Part shown: piece by piece, positions 7,586 through 13,750 of the stretch | Layout: the number at the start of each line of letters is the position of its first letter | How positions within the stretch are numbered: position 1 is the first letter of the stretch | Assembly: GCA_026016245.1 (NCBI GenBank) | Contig: CP061211.1 | Coordinates: forward strand, 420,001-452,000 | Source of the DNA: Candidatus Pacearchaeota archaeon | Lineage (GTDB): Archaea > Nanobdellota > Nanobdellia > Pacearchaeales > UBA284 | Reading direction: 5' to 3' | DNA length: 32,000 nt | The notes under the pieces: model-generated | Told to the model about the DNA's origin: nothing | Seen by the model: only the letters and a program-made list of their open reading frames with translations | The model's database searches: none | Position numbers and translations under genes: made by a program

Positions 7586-8395
7586 ATGACACACTATTCA
7601 GAAAGAAAAGTTCCAAAAAACTTTGAAGATACATCATATATGCAATCTACAAGAAAGTATCTTATAGAAAAGATAGCAAATGCATTATCAGAACCAGAAA
7701 AAACTATTTTTATGGGCTTAAATAACATAATTATCTTTTTTGATAGGAATGTTGATAGCCAAAAACTTCCTGATTCAACTTTTGATAAAATTCTAAAAAT
7801 CTTACAAGGCAGAGATATAGATTTTGAATACAAAGAAAGATTATATAATTTTTTAGAAACAGTAGATAAATTACCTTCAGAGAAAAGAAGAAAAAGAATT
7901 TATTATCTTCTAAGAGAACATTTTGAGAATTCAATAAAGAATGTTAAGAGAAGATATCAGGTATTAGATGCAAATAAGATCGAAGAGTTAAGAACAGGAG
8001 AGCACCCGACATTTACTATAGAAACAGTTCTTTTATTCCCAAAACTAGATTTTGATATTTTAGACAAGATAAGTAGGAAATATACAATGGGTGCAAAAAT
8101 GGGAGATGACATGACTGATTTTCAAGATGATGTAAAACAAGGATTTTTATATGTTCCTAAAAAACATGTAAACAAAGTTAAAGGAATTGAGGTAATAGAT
8201 GATCATTATAAAGTAACTGGAGAGCCCATTTTAGAAAAAAATTATATTCAACAAGAATTAAAAGAAGCAAAAAGAATATTTAAAGAGGGGGACCTTATAG
8301 CTCGAGGGCTTAATTTCCCAACTCATTTTGAATATTTTAGAGGGATGATGTATTCTTGGATTGAAGAAGCAGAAGAAGAGGGCATTCTGATTTGA
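7586..8395 (+). CDS. Hypothetical protein, possibly an isoprenoid-synthase fold (phytoene/squalene-synthase-like)
   Basis: The ATG at 7586 is preceded by GGAGGT. The track's TTG at 7574 is less likely. GAKMGDDMTDFQDDVKQGFLYVPKKHV resembles the second Asp-rich region of phytoene/squalene synthases (NilRDv.eD...gr.YlP). IFFDRNVDS could be the first DxxxD motif. The assignment is weak. Confidence 0.3.
   Translation: MTHYSERKVPKNFEDTSYMQSTRKYLIEKIANALSEPEKTIFMGLNNIIIFFDRNVDSQKLPDSTFDKILKILQGRDIDFEYKERLYNFLETVDKLPSEKRRKRIYYLLREHFENSIKNVKRRYQVLDANKIEELRTGEHPTFTIETVLLFPKLDFDILDKISRKYTMGAKMGDDMTDFQDDVKQGFLYVPKKHVNKVKGIEVIDDHYKVTGEPILEKNYIQQELKEAKRIFKEGDLIARGLNFPTHFEYFRGMMYSWIEEAEEEGILI
8297..8310 (+). 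repeat. Partial repeat copy D (atagctcgagggct) inside a CDS
   Basis: 14-nt exact match to the first 14 nt of copy A (4711-4724). Here it encodes LIARGL within the 7586..8395 protein. Confidence 0.5.
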
Positions 8396-8449
8396 GATGG
8401 CCAAGTGACTGAGGAGTTGCGATTGAGAGCTCAAGCTCAGTCCCGGCGC
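8396..8449 (+). other. tRNA-Ser-like remnant with a duplicated tRNA-Ser 3' end
   Basis: Sequence is GATGGCCAAGTGACTGAGGAGTTGCGATTGAGAGCTCAAGCTCAGTCCCGGCGCTT. The 5' part resembles the tRNA-Ser D-arm region (GATGGCCCAATGG). The last 14 nt (cagtcccggcgctt, 8436-8449) are identical to 4060-4073 at the 3' end of the intact tRNA-Ser. It has no 5' acceptor strand and no valid T-arm, so it is not a functional tRNA. Confidence 0.6.
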
Positions 8450-8496
8450 TTTTAGAATTCTGATATTTAGAAACCCTTGCCGATATTCTTGTGGTT

Positions 8497-8919
8497 TTAT
8501 AAAGAATGAGAGTAAGAAATGATTAGCTCCCTGAGGTTCGCTAGAGACTGTTTTTCAAATAATTCCTTTACTGTTATGATCTGACCATCTAGTAAATCAT
8601 ACTCTAAGCTAGCTTGTCTTTCCATAGAAATCCCTTCCGCATATTTACATTTTCCATTAACTAAATTATCACATAAACCACATATGTGATCTTTATTATT
8701 TACAATTTCTATTTTTGTACTTGGAGAGTTAGATAAAGTTCTGAAAAAATTTACCATTCTTTCAAGGCTATCTTTAGTGAGCTTATAATAATCTGGGAAT
8801 AAGTAATTTCCATCTACAAATTCATATTTCATATAATTTTCCCACCTCTTATAATTATCTTCCCTTTCTTTCAAAAATATAGCTATGTGGTGTGGTTTTA
8901 ATCTTATTTCTTCTGACAT
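8497..8919 (-). CDS. DUF1284-like Cys-containing protein
   Basis: The ATG at 8919 is preceded by AGGAG, and I judge the track's GTG at 8955 less likely. MSEEIRLKPHHIAIFL resembles the lRpHHllC start of DUF1284. An internal KDHICGLCDNLVNGKC cysteine cluster is present. Confidence 0.4.
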   Translation of the reverse strand: MSEEIRLKPHHIAIFLKEREDNYKRWENYMKYEFVDGNYLFPDYYKLTKDSLERMVNFFRTLSNSPSTKIEIVNNKDHICGLCDNLVNGKCKYAEGISMERQASLEYDLLDGQIITVKELFEKQSLANLRELIISYSHSL

Positions 8920-8994
8920 TTTAATTCTCCTAGAACCCTTAGAGGCCCTAATCACCTCTTGATTTGTCAGTTAATGGAACTTTAAAAATTTATT

Positions 8995-9023
8995 GCTCGA
9001 GGGCTCGCTTAGGTTGGGTTTTT
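8995..9023 (+). repeat. Dispersed repeat copy C (GCTCGAGGGCTCGCTTAGGTTGGGTTTTT)
   Basis: The 19-mer is identical to copy A, and the extension is shared with copy B. It overlaps the last 4 codons and the stop of the minus-strand ORF ending at 9009. Confidence 0.8.
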
Positions 9024-9721
9024 GGATATTTTATCTACAAGTTTGATCAATTTTGGAAGATTGCTTATGAATAATTTTTTATCCCAATCACTTTTCTTGA
9101 GTTTTAGTAGCAAATTCACTAATTCTTTATCTTTTTTATTAGAATTTTTTATTAGGGTCTTATATGAGAAGATATGAGATCCTTTATTGATTTGATTAAT
9201 TAAATAGCAAACCCTAAATAAATTTTTACATACATACTCTATCCAAGAGAAGTCTCCCTTACTTATTTTAGGCATATGAAAACTATAAAATTTTTTAAGC
9301 ATGTTTCTTATTGCTTCTTCATAGGTCCATTCTTTTGTAGGAAAATCTGACCTAGAAAATTTTCTTCCACATATATGCTTCCAGTATCTAAAGTCTAGAA
9401 GAAGTAAATTTGGATGGATAAGTCTGGCGAGTCTGCTCCTAGGCTTTTTTCCTTCGAGTTCTTCTAGGAATAAATAATTTATTTTGAAATGTTTTAATCC
9501 AGATTTTTCTTCTGATAAAAAATTCTTTATTTTTTCCCTATATTAGAACCAAAATTATTTTTTACAATAGCTATAGAATCTATATCGCTCTTACCCAAAT
9601 TAAAATCTTCACTTAAAATAGATCCCCATAAATAGATAGATATTATTCCTTTCCCCTCATATCTCAAGAAGATATTCTTGAGAGCTGAGTAAGTCTTTGC
9701 TAATATTTCTTCCCTATTCAT
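9009..9721 (-). pseudogene. AadA/ANT-like nucleotidyltransferase (NTase domain plus DUF4111-like helical domain), frameshifted in an A6 run
   Basis: The N-terminal ORF (9527..9721) has IYLWGSILSEDFNLGKSDIDSIAIV, the GS..(n)..D.D pol-beta NTase motif. It stops right after an A6 run (minus strand ggg aaa aaa taa; T6 at 9530-9535 on the plus strand). The -1 frame then reads without stops from that point to 9009: EKIKNFLSEEKSGLKHFKINYLFLEELEGKKPRSRLARLIHPN...MLKKFYSF...VCKNLFRVCYLINQINKGSHIFSYKTL...ISKNPT*. This joins the second track ORF (9009..9302). One extra A restores an ORF of about 237 aa. Confidence 0.7.
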
Positions 9722-9804
9722 TTTATTATTAAATCTGTTTTCTTATTAAACTTATATATTTTTTAATTTTTTAGAATTCTATATCATTAATCCAAATAAA
9801 AAAA

Positions 9805-10548
9805 TTAAATTTTTATTGACTTTGCTTTTTTCCAAAATTGTTCAAAAATAAATCTTTGTGTTAAATTCACAGCTTTATCATGAATAATTATACCAATAAA
9901 GTTTTCTTTCTGAAAAGACAAAATAGCAACTTTATCACTATAAATATGTGTCCAGGTTGGTAATTCTTTGAGTTCTTCCAGAATTCTAACTTGAGTTAAT
10001 CTTCTATAAGCTGGTTTTTTCCACATTTTGATGTCTAAAATACTTGAATCAGAAATTCCTCTTAGTTTAATTTTTTTAGAAATTCTTTTCTTTCTAAAAT
10101 CTATTCCTTGATACTGTAATAGTTTATTAATAATAGTAAAAGAACCATAAGCTAAAATTTCTTGTTTTTCTTTTAAAACATCTAAATGAACTACATCAAT
10201 TCCCTTTTTGCCTTCGTAAAATTCTACTAGGGGTTTCTTTCCAATTATTTTTTGTTTTTCTTTAAGTTTGGGCAAAATTTGTTGCAATTTTTTTTCTTTT
10301 TCCTTAAGTTGCTCCAATAATATTTTAGGATCAGAAGCATAAAACTGCTTAATATGTTCTATGATTGTGTAACCAACAATGCCTTTTTTAAGCAATGCTT
10401 CAAGAATATCATAAAGACTTGTTCTGTTGATTCCTGTAATTTCAGCAAGTCTTAAAATAGGACTTTGACCTAGTTCAAGCAACCTAAGATAAACTTTGAT
10501 TTCCTTGTCATTTAAACCTACTTCCTTTAGTATATCTTCTTCTGTCAT
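9805..10548 (-). CDS. TrmB-family transcriptional regulator
   Basis: The N-terminal winged HTH LKEVGLNDKEIKVYLRLLELGQSPILRLAEITGINRTSLYDILEALLKKGIV is typical of TrmB. It is followed by a coiled coil and a C-terminal domain of the expected size. Confidence 0.8.
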   Translation of the reverse strand: MTEEDILKEVGLNDKEIKVYLRLLELGQSPILRLAEITGINRTSLYDILEALLKKGIVGYTIIEHIKQFYASDPKILLEQLKEKEKKLQQILPKLKEKQKIIGKKPLVEFYEGKKGIDVVHLDVLKEKQEILAYGSFTIINKLLQYQGIDFRKKRISKKIKLRGISDSSILDIKMWKKPAYRRLTQVRILEELKELPTWTHIYSDKVAILSFQKENFIGIIIHDKAVNLTQRFIFEQFWKKAKSIKI

Positions 10549-10584
10549 GTTTTTTCTTGTACTTTCGTATTTTTAAATCTTTTC

Positions 10585-10597
10585 GTGGATTTTCCAC
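10585..10597. promoter_or_regulatory. Perfect palindrome GTGGA-TTT-TCCAC in a divergent promoter region
   Basis: It lies between the divergent starts at 10548 (TrmB) and 10638 (AlaRS-like). It is flanked by TATA-like tracts (tatttttaaatc and cataaatttaaatc). It is a candidate operator. Confidence 0.25.
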
Positions 10598-10637
10598 AGC
10601 ATAAATTTAAATCAATTTGTTACTGAAAAATAATAAA

Positions 10638-11810
10638 ATGAGAATGAAAGAATTAAGGCAAATAATAGAAAAATTTCCTAAGAGGAAAGGGACTCAAAAC
10701 ATAAATCAAGATCCGATAGTTAATGAAGGTTATCCTGGAACTTTTAATTCAAGTTACTCAGAAGGATATTGGTCAGAATTATTTGGACCAAATTTAGAGA
10801 TATATGATTTAATTGTACATAAAATACAACCCTGCATTAGATTTAGTGATTTCATTAATAAAATATTGAAAGATACTTCTAAAATTCATTTATCTTGCTT
10901 CGATATGGGTGACATAAGTGGGGCAGTTAATTTTACATCAAGTAAAAACCATAAGAGAATAAGCAGAGAAAATGTAAATGCAATGTTGACTTTCTTAACA
11001 AATTTAGGTTTCAAGCTTCTAGATATTTATATTACTTGTTTTCCTAGAGGAAATTTAAATGAAATAAGTAAACTCAATTATGGAAGAGAATCATTTAATT
11101 TTTATATAAAACCAGACCCAAATATAGATGAATTTAAAAAATTTTTACCTAAAGAAAATATTATATTAACAAAAAAAGATACTTTTTTATGTATAGATCT
11201 TGAAGGATTTAATAAAACACTTAATGGGTACAGAAATGAGATTTTATTTAAAACAAATAAAGGGATGATAGATATTGGAACTATGGAAAATCTTTATCTT
11301 ATGCCACAAAAAGAAAATAATAAAATTAGAGGTTACATTAATAAGGGTTTATTTTCAATTGCAGGAATTGGCCTTGAAAGAGTTTTACTTTGTAAAAATA
11401 ATTTTAATCATATTATAGAGTGTGACCATATTTATCCTTTATATCAACAAATATTAAAAGACTTTAAGAAAAAAGACGAACATGGGGCATTTATTTATAC
11501 AGAATCATTAAGAAGCTTGCATAGGGTATTTAGTGAAAATAACTACAGAAATTTATCTAAGAATAGGAAAAGAAAAGTTAAAAAATTTTTACAGCAGATT
11601 TATCATATTTCAAAAGAAAATATTAAAAATTATTTAGAAATTAATGCACAATTGCAGGATTATTATCCTGAATTAAAAAAAGGAATAGAGAATACTAATA
11701 ATGAAATCATTGGATATTTTGAAAGGAGAAAATCTTCTTTTTTAGAAAGAAAATTAGAAAGAAAAAATATTAGAAATCTTGGTACCAAACAAAAGGCTGT
11801 TCAAGGCTGA
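10638..11810 (+). CDS. Stand-alone alanyl-tRNA synthetase catalytic-core (class IIc) paralog
   Basis: IQPCIRFSDF...KIHLSCFDMGDISG aligns to the AlaRS motif sQPCIR.dD....gr.HlT.FEMlg..sF. IDIGTMENLYLM aligns to lEvatlvFm. FSIAGIGLERVLL aligns to vDTGyGLERf.w. The protein is only about 390 aa. I recognise no tRNA-recognition, editing or C-Ala domain, though about 110 aa downstream of the GLER motif are unassigned. I prefer the ATG at 10638 to the TTG at 10617. Confidence 0.55.
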   Translation: MRMKELRQIIEKFPKRKGTQNINQDPIVNEGYPGTFNSSYSEGYWSELFGPNLEIYDLIVHKIQPCIRFSDFINKILKDTSKIHLSCFDMGDISGAVNFTSSKNHKRISRENVNAMLTFLTNLGFKLLDIYITCFPRGNLNEISKLNYGRESFNFYIKPDPNIDEFKKFLPKENIILTKKDTFLCIDLEGFNKTLNGYRNEILFKTNKGMIDIGTMENLYLMPQKENNKIRGYINKGLFSIAGIGLERVLLCKNNFNHIIECDHIYPLYQQILKDFKKKDEHGAFIYTESLRSLHRVFSENNYRNLSKNRKRKVKKFLQQIYHISKENIKNYLEINAQLQDYYPELKKGIENTNNEIIGYFERRKSSFLERKLERKNIRNLGTKQKAVQG

Positions 11811-12420
11811 GGCCTGGGCATGCTGTATTTATCCAGCACTGGATTTTTGGGAAATTTTCCAGCTGATTTATATCCAGAGTGTCGAATGTGAAGATGTAAG
11901 CTTTCTTTTTTTGTTTTTCTAGTTTCTTTTTTAATTCCATGGCTTGCTTTAATTTGTTTTGTCCAGGCTTTATTGAGACAAGAATACCATAAGTTTGCGC
12001 TGACAGGAATTTAAGCTTTTGGCCTTTTTTCCTTGCCTTTGCTTTGTTTATATCTTCTGTTTTTAGTTTTGAGAATTGATTTGTAAGGGGATTATAGATA
12101 TAGATTGGTTTGTTTGTTGCTAATGCGAGCTGTAAAGGGTGAAATTTTCCTGATCCTATATAGAGAAAGGCTTGAACTTTATCTTGTATTGATATAGCTG
12201 CTTTTACATTGCAACCTAGGATTTGGCCTTTTTCCAGAAACTTGGATTTTCCTATTATTACTTTCTTCTTGTGTTTTTCTAGAAAAGCTTTGATTTTTTC
12301 TAAGCTATTTGTGTGTTGGATTGTTGTTATTAATCCTATGGTTTCTGGTAGCTTGTTTGGTTTTATATTTTTAAGAGAACAAGAAGCTGTATATTTAGAA
12401 GGTAAGAATAGAATTTTCAT
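11770..12420 (-). CDS. dph2: Diphthamide synthase Dph2-like protein (2-(3-amino-3-carboxypropyl)histidine synthase), short form
   Basis: GQILGCN, FLYIGSGKFHPLQLALAT, YGILVSIKPGQ and CWINTACPG match domains 2 and 3 of archaeal Dph2. At 216 aa it is much shorter than the roughly 340 aa typical of the family. Confidence 0.7.
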   Translation of the reverse strand: MKILFLPSKYTASCSLKNIKPNKLPETIGLITTIQHTNSLEKIKAFLEKHKKKVIIGKSKFLEKGQILGCNVKAAISIQDKVQAFLYIGSGKFHPLQLALATNKPIYIYNPLTNQFSKLKTEDINKAKARKKGQKLKFLSAQTYGILVSIKPGQNKLKQAMELKKKLEKQKKKAYIFTFDTLDINQLENFPKIQCWINTACPGLSLEQPFVWYQDF

Positions 12421-12426
12421 CCTTGT

Positions 12427-12801
12427 TTAAATTTTTTCTACTTTTCCTACTTTTTCACCCCTATAGATATCAACAAAAGAAGGTGTTGCCACAATCGTAT
12501 TTTCTCCAAAGCCGGCTATGTTGCCTTCAAGTGCATCAACTGTCTTTTTTAACTTGCTTATGGCCCTCTTTAATTCAACAACATCTTTTTGTTTAAGGGG
12601 TTTAATATCTACTAAAGCAATAGTATATCCTTCTCTTAGAACCTCAAGTATTCTTGTAACATCATCAAAACTCTTAAGAATAAAAGGTCTTACAACAATA
12701 TTGACTCTCTTTTCTTCCTTACCTGTATCTACCTCAATATACTCTGGAGATTCTGGGGTTTCTCCCCCTTTTCCGCCGAAAATTTTCTTGAATATGCCCA
12801 T
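12427..12801 (-). CDS. sepF: Cell division protein SepF
   Basis: N-terminal amphipathic MGIFKKIFGG is followed by a linker. The core VVRPFILKSFDDVTRILEVLREGYTIALVDIKPL...VELKRAISKLKKTVDALEGNIAGFGENTIVATP is typical of the SepF/DUF552 domain. Confidence 0.75.
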   Translation of the reverse strand: MGIFKKIFGGKGGETPESPEYIEVDTGKEEKRVNIVVRPFILKSFDDVTRILEVLREGYTIALVDIKPLKQKDVVELKRAISKLKKTVDALEGNIAGFGENTIVATPSFVDIYRGEKVGKVEKI

Positions 12802-12879
12802 TTTTTATGATATACTTATAAAAATTTCTTTAGTTTATAAATTTTTTGATGATATTTTTAATATATCCCAAAGTATCTT

Positions 12880-13239
12880 TTAGGCTTTTTTAAAGCCTTT
12901 AATTATCTCTTCTCTAACTTTCATCAGCTTATCTTTAATGCCTTCTTCCTGCTTTTCAATAGCTTTGATCCTCAAATTTAGGATATCTCTCTTTTTTTCA
13001 AGATCCTTTGTCAGCTGTGTTTTATTTGATTTGAACATTAAAGTACCAACAATCTTGAAAACATCCCCATCATTGCTTTTTTTTAGCTCCTCAAAAGCAT
13101 TGTTTGTTTCATTAAGCTCAAGCTGAAAGACTTGTTTTTGCAAAAGCAGATTCTGAAGACTTTGTTCAGCTATTTGAAGCTGGCCTAATCTTTCTTCTGG
13201 TTTTTCTTTTTCTATTTCTTTTTCTTTTGTTTTTGCCAT
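12880..13239 (-). CDS. pfdB: Prefoldin beta subunit
   Basis: Size and coiled-coil/beta-hairpin/coiled-coil layout fit, for example QLQIAEQSLQNLLLQKQVFQLELNETNNAFEELKK...VFKIVGTLMFK. Confidence 0.75.
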   Translation of the reverse strand: MAKTKEKEIEKEKPEERLGQLQIAEQSLQNLLLQKQVFQLELNETNNAFEELKKSNDGDVFKIVGTLMFKSNKTQLTKDLEKKRDILNLRIKAIEKQEEGIKDKLMKVREEIIKGFKKA

Positions 13240-13240
13240 T

Positions 13241-13378
13241 TTATACTGCTTTAACCCTTTTTATGGCAGTTCTTGGCTTGAAAAATACCTTAGAACCACA
13301 GTAAGGACAAGAGAAACGTTCTTTTAAAGCCTTGGTTGATATTGTCTTACCACAGAAAAAACATTTGTATGTTGCCAT
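13241..13378 (-). CDS. rpoP: DNA-directed RNA polymerase subunit P (Rpo12/RpoP)
   Basis: Absent from the ORF track because it is only 45 aa. My translation is MATYKCFFCGKTISTKALKERFSCPYCGSKVFFKPRTAIKRVKAV, with the CxxC..(n)..CPYCG zinc ribbon and KPR motif of RpoP. The stop abuts the pfdB start. Confidence 0.8.
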   Translation of the reverse strand: MATYKCFFCGKTISTKALKERFSCPYCGSKVFFKPRTAIKRVKAV

Positions 13379-13409
13379 CTTTCTATTTGTCTTTTAATAT
13401 TTATAAATT

Positions 13410-13625
13410 TTAGGATTTAATATAATAAGTTTGTGAAGTGAACTTTTTCTTGCATGATCTGCATAACCATATTCCCTTTGAAAGCCTTTTGACTGTTTGT
13501 TTTTTACAGAAAGGACATTTTTGTTTTTTTCTTTGTTTTGATTCTATTGCTCTCACTCTTTCCTTAACTACAGATCCATACCTAGGGCCAAAACGTGCTG
13601 TTGATTTTGTCTTTTTTGTTCTCAT
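13410..13625 (-). CDS. rpl37ae: Ribosomal protein eL43 (L37Ae)
   Basis: TARFGPRYG and the CPFC..(n)..CRSC zinc ribbon are present, and the size (71 aa) fits. Confidence 0.9.
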   Translation of the reverse strand: MRTKKTKSTARFGPRYGSVVKERVRAIESKQRKKQKCPFCKKQTVKRLSKGIWLCRSCKKKFTSQTYYIKS

Positions 13626-13634
13626 CTTATTATA

Positions 13635-13709
13635 TGGGGCTGCCCGGATTTGAACCGGGGTCGAGAGGTCCCAAACCTCTAATGCTAAACCAAGCTACAC
13701 CACAGCCCC
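13635..13709 (-). tRNA. tRNA-Pro (anticodon TGG)
   Basis: Reverse complement is GGGGCTGTGGTGTAGCTTGGTTTAGCATTAGAGGTTTGGGACCTCTCGACCCCGGTTCAAATCCGGGCAGCCCCA. Anticodon stem is AGAGG/CCTCT, loop TTTGGGA, T-arm CCGG-TTCAAAT-CCGG. Confidence 0.88.
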
Positions 13710-13750
13710 TGAGTTAAAAGCGTGGTGTTTATATTTAAATCTTATCAAAC

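Noticed and set aside
8396-8449. Split-tRNA 3' half (Nanoarchaeum-type) or functional tRNA-Ser isoacceptor
   Set aside because: The 17 nt preceding the acceptor 3' strand (TGAGAGCTCAAGCTCAG) cannot form a 5-bp/7-nt T-arm and lack the GTTCRANYC loop. No 5' acceptor strand (GCCGGGA) lies upstream. No anticodon stem-loop could be folded.
4711-9023. Interpreting the dispersed repeats as integron attC sites or an archaeal integron cassette array
   Set aside because: No IntI-type integrase is present in the window. The repeats are much shorter than attC sites and lack the paired inverted R''/L''-L'/R' architecture. The core is CTTAGG rather than GTTRRRY. The genes between copies have mixed orientation. 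I keep the repeats as an unexplained family instead.
10617-10637. Non-ATG (TTG/GTG) start codons used by the ORF track (at 1524, 7574, 8955, 10617, 19522, 22675 and 24972)
   Set aside because: In each case an in-frame ATG lies 2-12 codons downstream. That ATG gives a family-typical N-terminus, avoids overlap with the upstream gene, or follows a GGAGG-like motif. I used the ATG coordinates, but the true starts remain unverified.
12802-12879. UGAUGA (C-box-like) sequence at 12847-12852 as a C/D box sRNA
   Set aside because: No matching D box (CUGA), terminal stem or C'/D' motifs lie at suitable spacing on either strand. The interval is better explained as the sepF promoter region.
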